The notes below the pieces were generated by a model. That model was not told the origin of the DNA, made no database searches, and saw only the letters and a list, made by a program, of their open reading frames with translations. The position numbers and the translations under genes are program-made. Positions 18,706-28,696 of a stretch of DNA of 64,000 nt are shown piece after piece. This DNA comes from a virus. Where the stretch lies: positions 32,001 to 96,000 of IMG/VR virus record IMGVR_UViG_3300025133_000040, one strand, 5' to 3'. Position 1 is the stretch's first letter, and every line of letters begins with the position of its first letter.

Positions 18706-21030
18706 TTACACGATACACGCACCTCCTGCGCAGGCTATCGCCTCTTCTGGTGCTGTGTTGTCTTCCGTTTCAATCATAAGAAGGTAATCTACCTTCTGGA
18801 AGCTCTCTTTTAGGTCGCAATATCGTTTCCAGTTGTACACGTCCTTTAGGCAGTACGTCAGTTTTTTAGTGTCGTCACCAAAATATTTCTTAGCATACTT
18901 CTTTGCATTTCTCATAAAGTTTAGTCGCTTTGCAGCCAACTCAGCTATCTTGTGAAACTCTTCAACAGTTTCAGCATCGCCATCGAACGCATCCTTCCAC
19001 TGGTCATTCAGGATAAAGTCACAAGCCGCCCACAGGTCTTCGTCGAACACCTTTAAGGCGTCCTCAATAAGCCCTGAGGTCCATATAGCAGCGTCACCAT
19101 ACTCTCTCACGATTTCCTTGGAGGTGTACACAGCCGTGAACGGTGCCTGTTTGTAGTCCTTGTCGCCTGATTGGGGCAGCAAAGAGATACCGCAAAAGTA
19201 TTCTCGGTTACCGTAGATAAACTTGGAAACATCACCCCATTCATCTGGTTGGACCGTTATAGTATTACTCACATTATGACGTAGCCAGGGTTGTGTACAC
19301 AGGGATTCCCTTGTGCCTGCCTCAACCCAGTTTTGCTGAGTGCTTTTAACCAGTTTGAGTAGGTCAACAGCCGCCATTTGGTTTTTAGTCTTCGCTCCGT
19401 TAGGAACTTCAATAGGGAAGTAGATAACGTCGTCTGTTTTATTGGCTGACCACACCGATTCTTCGCACGCCTTAGGGTTCTTCATCTTGAAGAACTGATA
19501 AGGGGCTTCGTCTTTGTTGGCTTGCACCAGTCTCAAGTATCTCTTCGCATGGTGGGGGTGGATGCCTGAGCTAGTACCTAGCACACAACTTGATGTGCCT
19601 TCTGGCTTTAAGCATGTAGCACGAGCGGCTTGGTTGATGCCTATAGCCTTGGCTATCCTCTTGTTTGTGTCAAGCACAACCTGAGCACCCTCTCTTTGAA
19701 TCTTAGGGTCAAGCACAATGTCGGTCTTCTCCATTGTACCTGTCATAGAGACACCTAAAAGGGCCTCTCGTCTAAATATAGCTTCCGAAGTAGCCCCCAA
19801 GTACGGGAACGAGGTGAACCCAGCTTGGAGAGTGCCAATAATTGCTGCGGCTTTACAGCGTTCAAGGAAATCTTCTTTGTCTTTGACCGAACCAGAGTTA
19901 ATGGTACAGAGATTACATCCCTGCCAGCCAGACTTGAGGCCAATTTTTCCAAGGTCGCCTGTGTATCCTCCACCTTTGTACTTCTCCATGTAGGCGTCAT
20001 ACTTTGCTTGGTCTACCACGTCGTAGCACCAGAACTGAATCTCAACACACGGATTAAACAGGGCTTCCTCGTCGTCGGCCCAGACAAACCCAGGCTCACC
20101 AAATTGCTTTGTATGCTCAAGCAACGCATTGAACTGCTCAAAGGAAGTCTTGCCACGAATAAGGATAGCTGAGTTGTTTGAACGAGCACGCTGAGGGTTC
20201 TCCTTGCGCCAGTTGCCAGTCTTAGCCCGAGCCATTTCCAAGTCGTCAGGACTGAAGATAGCAATAGTTGCTGAGCGTCGTACGCCGCCACTTAACACAG
20301 CGTCGGAGGTGTGCATACATAAGTCGTAAGCGTCGATGGGTCGTAAGCGAGTCTGGCCATCTGTGATACAGCGGTCTAGCAGCTCACGAATCTTCTCAAG
20401 GGAATTGCGTAGGCCGTCAGGACCAGGAGCTTTACCAGTACCAGCACTCAGGCGAGCACCTTTTTCTCTAATCTTACTGTAGTCAAATTCTACCTTGCCG
20501 CACTTGTCAGGGTCGTATTCAGCAAACTCTTCCATACCCTCTTGGACACCGAAGTAATTAGTAAGCAAGACACCTAGCGCATCTGACCAGCCCTCAATAG
20601 TGTCTGGTATCTCATATGTTTTCACATTAGACTGCACGCCTACATAAAATGACGGCAGCTTAGCGACGTGGTGCTTCTGAACACTGAACCCTGCTCCACA
20701 ACCACATAGCAAGAGCCAAAAGAACTCCTGAAAGAAACGGGGGCGGTCGCAGTAGCTTGACACGCAATTAAAACAGCGAGCGTGCTTCTTCATCATTGGC
20801 TTACCGCCAAACTGCAATGCTCGCTGACTTCCTAGGACACGTTTCTTGTGGGACATGTCATACGCCCAATTAATATCTTCCTCAATATTAAATTCAGAGT
20901 ACTTGTCAAGCATCATACTTCGTACTCTGTCAATGGCTTCCTTCCAAGTCTCTCTTCTGTACTCTTTCTCTATCCACCTTGCGTACTTCGCTGTAAAGGT
21001 GTAACTCATTAGCTCTTGTGTTACCGACAT
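18706..21030 (-). CDS. nrdJ: class II (B12-dependent) ribonucleotide reductase
   Basis: FNC, GCGAGFSV, GGVRRSA, NPCVEI, KPEGT, HNVSNT, C-terminal CAGGAC. Confidence 0.9.
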   Translation of the reverse strand: MSVTQELMSYTFTAKYARWIEKEYRRETWKEAIDRVRSMMLDKYSEFNIEEDINWAYDMSHKKRVLGSQRALQFGGKPMMKKHARCFNCVSSYCDRPRFFQEFFWLLLCGCGAGFSVQKHHVAKLPSFYVGVQSNVKTYEIPDTIEGWSDALGVLLTNYFGVQEGMEEFAEYDPDKCGKVEFDYSKIREKGARLSAGTGKAPGPDGLRNSLEKIRELLDRCITDGQTRLRPIDAYDLCMHTSDAVLSGGVRRSATIAIFSPDDLEMARAKTGNWRKENPQRARSNNSAILIRGKTSFEQFNALLEHTKQFGEPGFVWADDEEALFNPCVEIQFWCYDVVDQAKYDAYMEKYKGGGYTGDLGKIGLKSGWQGCNLCTINSGSVKDKEDFLERCKAAAIIGTLQAGFTSFPYLGATSEAIFRREALLGVSMTGTMEKTDIVLDPKIQREGAQVVLDTNKRIAKAIGINQAARATCLKPEGTSSCVLGTSSGIHPHHAKRYLRLVQANKDEAPYQFFKMKNPKACEESVWSANKTDDVIYFPIEVPNGAKTKNQMAAVDLLKLVKSTQQNWVEAGTRESLCTQPWLRHNVSNTITVQPDEWGDVSKFIYGNREYFCGISLLPQSGDKDYKQAPFTAVYTSKEIVREYGDAAIWTSGLIEDALKVFDEDLWAACDFILNDQWKDAFDGDAETVEEFHKIAELAAKRLNFMRNAKKYAKKYFGDDTKKLTYCLKDVYNWKRYCDLKESFQKVDYLLMIETEDNTAPEEAIACAGGACIV

Positions 21031-21040
21031 TGTTAATCCG

Positions 21041-21310
21041 TTATGTTGTTTTCTTTGCTTGTTGTTTCTCAGCGTACTTAGATGCTTCCCTGGCTAGTTT
21101 GTCAGCGGCCTTGCCCTTAGGTAGTTCGCTCTTAGCTGCTGACGTTCTTCTTTTGTTTCTGCGGGGCTTGCCTTGATACTTAAGGTAGAAATCTGAGATT
21201 GCGCCTGCATCATCAGACCTAAGCACTTTACGTTGACCAGTAGGATTTCCTTGAGCATCTTTTACGTACAAAACCAACTCAAAGTTTTTACTATCTTGTT
21301 TTTCCTTCAT
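21041..21310 (-). CDS. hypothetical basic protein
   Basis: ORF with GAGGA RBS. Confidence 0.65.
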   Translation of the reverse strand: MKEKQDSKNFELVLYVKDAQGNPTGQRKVLRSDDAGAISDFYLKYQGKPRRNKRRTSAAKSELPKGKAADKLAREASKYAEKQQAKKTT

Positions 21311-21328
21311 ACTATATCCTCTCTAGAT

Positions 21329-21360
21329 AAAAAAAGACCCGCCACACGAGATGACGGGTC
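21329..21360 (-). terminator. intrinsic terminator
   Basis: GACCCGTCA..TGGCGGGTC hairpin followed by T7. Confidence 0.75.
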
Positions 21361-21370
21361 GTAATTTTTG

Positions 21371-21502
21371 ACAGCGACACAATTAAGTTTTGGACCTTCT
21401 GTGATACTGGGTTAAAGTTGCTCAACGGTAGTTAACACGTTTTTCTTGTCAATGTTTAAGTATCATCACGGTCCAGAGTGTGGGTCGGAGAGGTGTCGCT
21501 GT
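21371..21502 (-). ncRNA. candidate 6S-like long hairpin RNA
   Basis: ACAGCGACAC/GTGTCGCTGT stem, asymmetric bubble, TGGACC/GGTCCA and TGATACT/AGTATCA stems; promoter-like element upstream and terminator downstream. Confidence 0.45.
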
Positions 21503-21553
21503 AACGGGCGTTATTGAAAATGCTGCCGCTCTTTATGTTCCCCGACTATCTTA

Positions 21554-22150
21554 TTATACACCTGGAAAAGTCATCTCTCGGAATAACATTTTCCCAAATG
21601 CTAAGTGTTTAAATATTTCCATAAAAACTACGTAATCTTCTGTCTCTGCGGCCTTATGTGGGCGTCCAGCGTGTATCACCTCCACAACACCGGCCTGTCT
21701 CATAAGCATTGTACAGTATTCACAGGTAAGGTTGGTGACATACACCTTGGAGCCCTTAAGGGATGTTCCATTGTAGGCAGCGTTGCAGATACCGTTAGCT
21801 TCTGAGTGTACCATCCACTCATACTTAGCCTTGAGCCTACCTGTTTCATCTCTCATGTTAGGTAAAACAGAATCGTCGAAATCCCTGGGGAAACCATTGT
21901 AACCAGTGACTAGCTCTTTGTTATCCCTTACGAAGACACAGCCAACTTTTGTTTGAGCGTCATGGCTACGCTTAGCAACGTCAAAGGCCCTACCCATAAA
22001 GAAAGTGTCCCAGCAGGGCCTCTCGTGGGGGACTTGAAATTCCTTGTATTCCTCAAGGCGTTTTCTAGCTGCGGAGGATAGCTTAGGAGGTCTGCTAACA
22101 GCCCTGCCTTGCCATACCCCATCTTCTGTATAATATGATTCCCTTGCCAT
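21554..22150 (-). CDS. dCMP deaminase
   Basis: GYNG, VHSEAN, TCEYC. Confidence 0.9.
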   Translation of the reverse strand: MARESYYTEDGVWQGRAVSRPPKLSSAARKRLEEYKEFQVPHERPCWDTFFMGRAFDVAKRSHDAQTKVGCVFVRDNKELVTGYNGFPRDFDDSVLPNMRDETGRLKAKYEWMVHSEANGICNAAYNGTSLKGSKVYVTNLTCEYCTMLMRQAGVVEVIHAGRPHKAAETEDYVVFMEIFKHLAFGKMLFREMTFPGV

Positions 22151-22156
22151 GTCTAA

Positions 22157-22184
22157 AGTATAGACTTGGAACCCTTAAAGTCAA
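22157..22184 (-). promoter_or_regulatory. conserved phage sigma70-type promoter
   Basis: TTGACT-N16-TATACT. Confidence 0.7.
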
Positions 22185-22567
22185 GCTTGTTTTTCTCTTC
22201 TGCGGTATTTATTCCAGAACACCCAACCACCCACACGTAGGGCTGCCCAGCAAAGAAATGCTTGGAACTTATTGGCGTGATGGCTGCCAGCGATGGCGCA
22301 CTTATACCAGATACTATCAGCACGATAGCGAGAAACCTTGCCGGTTTCATAAAGATGGTCGTGAACGACTCCAGCGATGTCAACCTTAGACCATCGCACC
22401 ACCCCCCGGCCAAACCAGGGGATGCTGCTATAATCTGTTGTAAAATTCTCTGGAACTATAATGGTTATTCCGTCTACTTTAACAGCCAAGACACGAAGCA
22501 AACGACGCCTGCCGTTGCCTAGTCTTTCTATTCGTAGCGGCCCACTGATAAGTTGTGCTTCTTCCAT
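22181..22567 (-). CDS. DUF1353 domain protein
   Basis: VPENFTTDYSSIP, AGVVHDHLY, AD, LRVGG. Confidence 0.85.
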   Translation of the reverse strand: MEEAQLISGPLRIERLGNGRRRLLRVLAVKVDGITIIVPENFTTDYSSIPWFGRGVVRWSKVDIAGVVHDHLYETGKVSRYRADSIWYKCAIAGSHHANKFQAFLCWAALRVGGWVFWNKYRRREKQA

Positions 22568-22569
22568 GG

Positions 22570-22995
22570 TTAGCTAAATACTTGAAAGGCGTTAAGAATT
22601 AGACCAATTACCAAGCCTATAACACTAACAACAGAGGTGATACCTACTACGGTAGCGTACATATTAGAAATTCCTAATGTGTTTTTATCTACCTTATCTT
22701 CAAGCTCACCCATCTCCTGTCTGTAGTTACTTTCTACAGACATTTGAAGCTCATATATTTTCTTGACAAAGTCAACACGAAATGCGTTGAGTGCTTCTTG
22801 AATTTTTACGGCATCTGCTGTTCTAGCTTTGGCTTCTTCACGTACAGTAATATCAATCCTCTCCAACTCTTGGAGGATTAACCTTTTATACTCTACGAAA
22901 TTATCTGCTTTATCGGGCATCGACTTACTTTCGGGTTGCTTATCTGGTTTTCTAGACATAATATCTGCCCACAAAAAAAATATCGGCAGCCTCAT
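22570..22995 (-). CDS. coiled-coil protein with C-terminal transmembrane helix
   Basis: hydrophobic C-terminus; true start probably at MSRK. Confidence 0.65.
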   Translation of the reverse strand: MRLPIFFLWADIMSRKPDKQPESKSMPDKADNFVEYKRLILQELERIDITVREEAKARTADAVKIQEALNAFRVDFVKKIYELQMSVESNYRQEMGELEDKVDKNTLGISNMYATVVGITSVVSVIGLVIGLILNAFQVFS

Positions 22996-23013
22996 ATTTC
23001 AGAGACTACCGAT
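22973..23013 (-). terminator. intrinsic terminator
   Basis: TATCGGTAG..CTGCCGATA hairpin followed by T8. Confidence 0.6.
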
Positions 23014-23020
23014 ACCCATA

Positions 23021-23848
23021 TTAACCTACAGTCTTAGCGCTGTAATCATCCTGCTCAGGCAATGGCTTACCTGTACGGTAAACTAGCTCGCCAGGAATGG
23101 CTAAGGTTGGTGCAGCAGCATTGTCAGTACCCATCGTGGATGCGTCGTCCGCAACCGTTGGGGCAGTAGAGAATGTACCGCTGTAGATGTTCCAGTAACC
23201 AGCACGAATGGCTGTAGCTACACGATTGGTTCGCATGTGTTCTAGCTTGTGGATAGAACGACGAACGCCGAAGTCACTTGCGCCAGAGCGAAGGACTGTG
23301 TTAGACTGACCTGCAAGGGTAGTCGTAACCTTACGCATAACATAAGCACCAGCCGTCATCGTGGCAAAATTGCCAGCAGCAGCTCGGTACGCCAAGGTTC
23401 CTTCACCTAGACCGTCACTAGGAAGGTCAGTAGTGAAAGTGTTAGTGGTCTCTGCGGTAACCCGCTGAGGACCATGGTAGATACTATTAGTATCTGACAC
23501 ATTGATAATATCACCAACACTTAGAACGTGGCTTGCCAATGTGTAGACAGAGAAACCGCCAGCGGTTGCAGCAACACTAGTAACAGCCACAGAAGCACCC
23601 CACTGAGCAGAACCAACATTGATGCCGCCAAGTACCAAGGAGCCGTAATGAGGACGACCACGGTCGCCAAAGGGAACGTCGGTCATGCCGATGCTCGTTG
23701 TTCCACCAGTACCTAGACCAGTAGCTCGACCCTTGTTGAGGTCGGTTGTGCTTGCACCTGAGGCTGAGCCTGCGGTGTCATAATAATCGTTGCCTGCGGA
23801 AGGATTTACCAACAGGTAAGGGTCGTAAAGACCGAAATGGCCACCCAT
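23021..23848 (-). CDS. G/S/T/A-rich hypothetical protein, probably virion structural
   Basis: composition and beta-rich HVLSVGDII motif; own RBS and terminator. Confidence 0.6.
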   Translation of the reverse strand: MGGHFGLYDPYLLVNPSAGNDYYDTAGSASGASTTDLNKGRATGLGTGGTTSIGMTDVPFGDRGRPHYGSLVLGGINVGSAQWGASVAVTSVAATAGGFSVYTLASHVLSVGDIINVSDTNSIYHGPQRVTAETTNTFTTDLPSDGLGEGTLAYRAAAGNFATMTAGAYVMRKVTTTLAGQSNTVLRSGASDFGVRRSIHKLEHMRTNRVATAIRAGYWNIYSGTFSTAPTVADDASTMGTDNAAAPTLAIPGELVYRTGKPLPEQDDYSAKTVG

Positions 23849-23883
23849 AATACTACTCTTTCTTAAAGTAGTTAATCAAGTTC

Positions 23884-24534
23884 CTAGTGTGTCCTATCTT
23901 TTGAGTTCCTGTTCATACTATTATACACCGCCATTGGCGATTGGAAGTTAATTCCATATATATTAGATGTCTTTACAGTGTCATATTGGTTTGACTTCCA
24001 GATTTTCCCGTTAGTTATGCAGGATACTCCGTACTTTTCCTGCAATTCTAAGGCCCATAGCAGGTTGTCAGAAAAATCGTCAAGAAAATTCCCATTAGAC
24101 GGGTAGAAATACTCAACCCCCAGGTCGCACGCAATAGCCGTCACTTCGTAGATGGTCTTACTATCCATGGCGCGATAGTCTAGCATGACCCTGAGGGTAG
24201 ACCCGTGCTCCTCACACACCTTCCTCTGGGACTCTATATCGTCGGCAACCAGCTCAAGTTTGCGGTTGGCCGTCCATACGGTGGGTATGACCAGATTGAT
24301 GGCGTTGGCCCCTCGCCTAATAGCAGAAAGGGCTGAGTGGCTACGGACAGACGACTCCAGGGTGTTCACTTCTGCCGCAATATCTATATCTTTTTTGACC
24401 ACCTCGCGGAACAAAGGGATAAAAAACGGGCTCGTAAGTACGCTATTGCACCCTAGCTCTATAGACTGGAAGAAGCCCTGTAGGGCATCATCCTCTTTAA
24501 GGTCTCTTCCTTTGATTGTTACTTCCTTATACAC
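23884..24534 (-). CDS. degenerate deoxyribose-phosphate aldolase (DeoC)-like TIM barrel
   Basis: GANAINLV, LRVMLD, GVEYFYPSNG align to GADEIDMV, LKVILE, GADFIKTSTG but lack the catalytic D/K/K. Confidence 0.65.
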   Translation of the reverse strand: MYKEVTIKGRDLKEDDALQGFFQSIELGCNSVLTSPFFIPLFREVVKKDIDIAAEVNTLESSVRSHSALSAIRRGANAINLVIPTVWTANRKLELVADDIESQRKVCEEHGSTLRVMLDYRAMDSKTIYEVTAIACDLGVEYFYPSNGNFLDDFSDNLLWALELQEKYGVSCITNGKIWKSNQYDTVKTSNIYGINFQSPMAVYNSMNRNSKDRTH

Positions 24535-25228
24535 TTAGCACTTTCTCCCTAGCCTTGGCTGTAGTCTCATACCCTTCGTCACCGATTACGCCGTCAGCAA
24601 AACCATAATAGACCGCCTCTTTAGCGGTGAGCCACCACTCCTCTTTCAGGTCCATCTTCTTCTGAAGGAACGTCTTAACGGCCTTTTCCCCCATGTTTCT
24701 TTCCTTGAAGTATTCACCACCAACGCACACTCTAACGTAGTTGTCAAGCATAACGTCACAGGTCTTCTTTAGTTGCTCGGCCTCGGTTAGGAACTGCTTA
24801 GAGGTTCCAACCATACCTGCGCTACCATGGTGAATCATAAAAGAACAATTAGGCATCAACAGCCTTGTGTCTGCTGCCTGCATCATAATGCTGCTCATAG
24901 AAACAGCCCAGCCATGAGAGATAGACAGGATGTGGCAGGTAGAATGGGCAATGGCATCGTATATAGCCATCCCGTAGGGCCACTCACCACCAGTACAACA
25001 GAAGTGTACTGTTATGGGTTCACTATCAAAGGCTTCCAGGTATCTCAGATTCTTTATAAAGACATTAGCCACGCTAAAATCTATACCTGATTCTAAGCTT
25101 TCATCGTCGTAAGATTCTGAGTTAACGAATATCTCTTTGGAGTCTATATGAATACCTTGATTGTGCATTACTTCCAGCGCCCCGTGCCTCTGGGGTACTG
25201 TTCTTTTCTTTACACTAGGTATTGCCAT
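24527..25228 (-). CDS. clpP: ClpP-like protease
   Basis: GGE..GMAIYDAI, AVSMSS, FMIHHG, LTAKEAVYYGFAD. Confidence 0.9.
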   Translation of the reverse strand: MAIPSVKKRTVPQRHGALEVMHNQGIHIDSKEIFVNSESYDDESLESGIDFSVANVFIKNLRYLEAFDSEPITVHFCCTGGEWPYGMAIYDAIAHSTCHILSISHGWAVSMSSIMMQAADTRLLMPNCSFMIHHGSAGMVGTSKQFLTEAEQLKKTCDVMLDNYVRVCVGGEYFKERNMGEKAVKTFLQKKMDLKEEWWLTAKEAVYYGFADGVIGDEGYETTAKAREKVLSV

Positions 25229-25763
25229 TTTTTACTCCGTCCGTTTCCTTAGTTGTCTCGTCCAACAACCACGGAACAGATGATGGGTCTTGAGCACTGA
25301 GCAAGTCAGTGATGCGCTTACGGCTCCTCTTCTGTTGGTGGGGCTTGGTCTCTAGATTTTTAAAGTGCTCGTCAACTTGCTTGCTAATGCTGCTAAACAC
25401 CTCACTGGGCTTGAATAGCTTACCTACGGCGATTCTCATACGTAAAGGAGACATAACCTCAAAGGACTCGACGCCTAAAGTTTCTGATACAATTTCACAA
25501 ATCGGATAGCTAATATTAAAGGAGGTATGACCCTGCCAAAAATTCATAATATCCATAAGAGCCCTAGGGCCAACGAGAGGTATGACGCCATGGTCACTAA
25601 TTAGAACTCTGTGTTTTTTACCTACAGGGTGAGGCCCATCAAGGGGTTCGCCTTCAAATTCGTCGTCAAGTCTATCGTCTGCGTCTGGGTCATAGTCAAA
25701 CTCTGTGTCGTCAGCAAATGGGCTTGCCCACTTCTCCCAAACGATTAGGTTTTTATTTTTCAT
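25215..25763 (-). CDS. hypothetical protein
   Basis: packed ORF. Confidence 0.65.
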   Translation of the reverse strand: MKNKNLIVWEKWASPFADDTEFDYDPDADDRLDDEFEGEPLDGPHPVGKKHRVLISDHGVIPLVGPRALMDIMNFWQGHTSFNISYPICEIVSETLGVESFEVMSPLRMRIAVGKLFKPSEVFSSISKQVDEHFKNLETKPHQQKRSRKRITDLLSAQDPSSVPWLLDETTKETDGVKNGNT

Positions 25764-26677
25764 TATACCGCTACCTCTCCGAAGTCAAGTTTAGAGTGAG
25801 GATTATAGTCAATTAGTTCCGTCTTGTCGTGTGTCCAATCAAAGATGCTGAATTGTTTTTCCTCTGGATGCAGCTTCAACTTAGGTAGTTGTCGCGGCTT
25901 CCTCTTTAGCTGTTCCTTCGCAACTTCAATCTGATTCTCATAGATGTGTGCATCACATAGGGTGCCGCTCAGATTTCCAGGCTTAAGCCCCGAGTCCTTA
26001 CATAGTAGCTCCAATAGGAGCCCGTAACTTGCGATGTTGAACGGTACGCCCAGCATCATGTCGCATGAACGCTGCGTCCAGTGTAGGCTTAGTTCGCCAT
26101 CAATGTGTGTTAGTATCCACATAAGGTGGCAGGGCGGTAGGGCCATAGCCTGAATCTGGCTAGGGTTCCACGCACTCACTACTAGTCGTCGGTCGTCAGG
26201 ATTGTTTTCTAGTTTGCTTACCACTTGCTTGAGCTGGTCGATGCCTTTTAACTGGCCGTCACAACCCTCACTATAGACTTCGTTCCATTTGCGCCACTGG
26301 TAGCCATAGATGGGTCCAAGGTCATCCACTCTTTTTTGTATTTTTTTTCTGTTTGGAAACGGGTAGTCAATACCATTATTGATAACATTTAAATCCCCAT
26401 GAACTATCCTGTCAACCTCTACAGGATTGGCCCACTCGTCCCATATCTTACACTTGCGTTTCTGATACCAAGACTTAGAGGTGATACCCCCTATGAACCC
26501 CTCTAGCTCAACAGCCATGGTTCGGAAGGCAAGCTTCTTAGTCGTGCAAGCAGGGAAGCCCTCGTGCATCTCATGTGAGAAGAACTGGTTGGGACATACT
26601 ATGGTCTTACCGGCTCGTGTGTCCTTGGGCTTACCCTTGGACAGGATATTGTCTACAATGTCAAGATACTGCTGCAT
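25763..26677 (-). CDS. thyA: thymidylate synthase
   Basis: LGPIYGYQWR, RRLVVSAWNP, MALPPCH, QRSCD, GVPFNIASY. Confidence 0.97.
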   Translation of the reverse strand: MQQYLDIVDNILSKGKPKDTRAGKTIVCPNQFFSHEMHEGFPACTTKKLAFRTMAVELEGFIGGITSKSWYQKRKCKIWDEWANPVEVDRIVHGDLNVINNGIDYPFPNRKKIQKRVDDLGPIYGYQWRKWNEVYSEGCDGQLKGIDQLKQVVSKLENNPDDRRLVVSAWNPSQIQAMALPPCHLMWILTHIDGELSLHWTQRSCDMMLGVPFNIASYGLLLELLCKDSGLKPGNLSGTLCDAHIYENQIEVAKEQLKRKPRQLPKLKLHPEEKQFSIFDWTHDKTELIDYNPHSKLDFGEVAV

Positions 26678-26679
26678 GT

Positions 26680-27150
26680 TTAGTCCTTTGTGTGCTCAGC
26701 GTCGTGAGCAAACTTCTTAAGGGTTGACTGGGCATTGATGACTGGCTGGTGAACCGAAAGGTTCTCAGTATCCTGCCAGCTTACAATTATTTGCCTTACA
26801 AAATCCTTGAGGTCTGGCTGCCCTAAGACAACGTCAACCAACGTCTTATAGATTACCTCGTTGAACTCGCCATTGGTAACATCAGCCACCAACTGCCCAA
26901 GCCTGGAGGCCGTTCTATTCATGTCTTCCTCAGGACACCACACCACATTAATGCGAGCCTGATGTGACCTATCTACATAGAAGGTTACACCGCATATCAT
27001 ATCCTCAGAGCCTAAACTATTTTGCCCTGCCTCTTCTGCTGCCTCACCTTGTTCTTCTATGTATTTCTGCACATTGTACTGCTGAACAACCTCGTCTGTA
27101 GTGGGAACATCGAATCCAAGTAGGTTATTAAAAAATCTTTCCCAAGCCAA
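26680..27150 (-). CDS. hypothetical protein
   Basis: ORF with GGGAGA RBS. Confidence 0.6.
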   Translation of the reverse strand: MAWERFFNNLLGFDVPTTDEVVQQYNVQKYIEEQGEAAEEAGQNSLGSEDMICGVTFYVDRSHQARINVVWCPEEDMNRTASRLGQLVADVTNGEFNEVIYKTLVDVVLGQPDLKDFVRQIIVSWQDTENLSVHQPVINAQSTLKKFAHDAEHTKD

Positions 27151-27184
27151 AGTACTCTCCCTTATATGTTATACACCTATAAAA

Positions 27185-27685
27185 CTAGCTAATTGACCAT
27201 AGCTGTAGTAGCTCATCTCGCACTCTTTCTGGGTGTAGCGTGGAGAAATTAATAAAAACCTCGTCCATTATATGGTCCATGTCATACAGGCAGAGGGTGG
27301 CGTTACCGTCACCCCCCGCTGTAATAAGCCTCTTTGGTGGGTTGTCCTCTACGAATCGTTTAAGCTCTTTAACGGATGCGATGTATAGGTCTGTCACCAT
27401 GTGAGCCCAGAAATTAGCGGTGGTTGCACCTAAGCCACTAGGCTTACCTGACTTAGGATTGAAAGTTTCGATTGCTATATTACCACTACGGTTAGCATAA
27501 ATATCGTACTTGACTTCTGTTGTGAAGCCTTTGTCCTTATCTATAGTAGAAGTTATATCAAAGAATTTTCTTTTATTTACTGGTCCCTCATTAAGCTCGG
27601 ACGGGAACCCCGCCTCTTCGTAGAGCTTAAGCACAGCGTTCTCTGCTGTCTTACCGATTGCTAAATCACGAGTCCACGCCGACAT
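27185..27685 (-). CDS. PD-(D/E)XK-type nuclease
   Basis: FDI...EVKYD...SGNIAIE...PSGL. Confidence 0.7.
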   Translation of the reverse strand: MSAWTRDLAIGKTAENAVLKLYEEAGFPSELNEGPVNKRKFFDITSTIDKDKGFTTEVKYDIYANRSGNIAIETFNPKSGKPSGLGATTANFWAHMVTDLYIASVKELKRFVEDNPPKRLITAGGDGNATLCLYDMDHIMDEVFINFSTLHPERVRDELLQLWSIS

Positions 27686-28298
27686 AGGCAGCCAATCCTT
27701 TCATTTTTTCTTTTGCTTTTTTAATAGATAGTCGCACAGCTTCTCTTGTCACCCCTTTTTCACAGGCAATGTCTTGCAATGTCCTATTCTCTATATAGTA
27801 ATTATAGGCACAACTATGCTGCTTGTCAGTTAATTTATCGTCGGAAAGCAAAAATTCAACAAACTCCTTGTTCTCCACGTCTTTTGCTGTCTTTGTGGAG
27901 TCTTCATCTGGGTCAGCAATTATTGAGAGTAGCTCTTGAGAGTCTTCTCCGCTCCCCATTAGTGTGTGCAAGGACTTAACCTGTTTCTTATAGGCTCTTT
28001 TACGTCTAGTTAGGTATCCACACACAGCATACCTTGCCATGGACTTGCGATAGCCTTCTTTGCTGCCTCGCCCGTCAAAGTTCCAATCACTTAACATAAT
28101 TTGCGTAGTAATGTTTGCCATAGCATCGTCGTTGCTTAAAATTTCATTCGATGCTTGGTAGCCAAATTCACTTCTCATTGAAATGACTAAGTATCGTGCA
28201 ATTTTTTGGTATTCATCTAGGCTCAGGTCTACTTGACCTTTCTTATCTTCTTTAAAATTATTACCAACGTAGCCTAGTGTAGCAATGTCAAGATTCAT
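27666..28298 (-). CDS. sigma-70-like factor (region 4 HTH)
   Basis: LTDKQ...RTLQDIACEKGVTREAVRL; divergent region 2. Confidence 0.7.
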   Translation of the reverse strand: MNLDIATLGYVGNNFKEDKKGQVDLSLDEYQKIARYLVISMRSEFGYQASNEILSNDDAMANITTQIMLSDWNFDGRGSKEGYRKSMARYAVCGYLTRRKRAYKKQVKSLHTLMGSGEDSQELLSIIADPDEDSTKTAKDVENKEFVEFLLSDDKLTDKQHSCAYNYYIENRTLQDIACEKGVTREAVRLSIKKAKEKMKGLAAYVGVDS

Positions 28299-28696
28299 TC
28301 GTTTCTCCCATAAAATAAAGCGTTACCAACCATAATGTCCTGTAAGTCTTGTTTTCCTATGTCCTGTTGTGACACCGTTGCGGTATCAATCAATTGATAG
28401 TTGTACTCGTACTCTTCTTCAACGAGTCCAAAATATATAGCCCAACTAGGGGGGTCGTCCATGTCGTCTATCCACGTAGTTGCATTATCGTCAGATAGAA
28501 CGTCTAATCTTAACCATTTTCCAGTTGGTCTTTTAACAGTCATGTCGGTGTCGTAGTACACCGGGAAGTTGTGCAACCCTTTCGGAAGGTGCATGTCTTT
28601 CAAAGATATGCCCATCTGCAACTCAAGCGCTGCCATTCTAATGGCGTTGTTAATTTCCCCTTTGTTGTCGGGGTGAGTCACAATTGCTATAGTCAT
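28295..28696 (-). CDS. hypothetical protein
   Basis: packed ORF. Confidence 0.6.
   Translation of the reverse strand: MTIAIVTHPDNKGEINNAIRMAALELQMGISLKDMHLPKGLHNFPVYYDTDMTVKRPTGKWLRLDVLSDDNATTWIDDMDDPPSWAIYFGLVEEEYEYNYQLIDTATVSQQDIGKQDLQDIMVGNALFYGRNE

Noticed and set aside
21311-21553. Cobalamin riboswitch upstream of nrdJ
   Set aside because: B12-box and other conserved riboswitch motifs are not visible.
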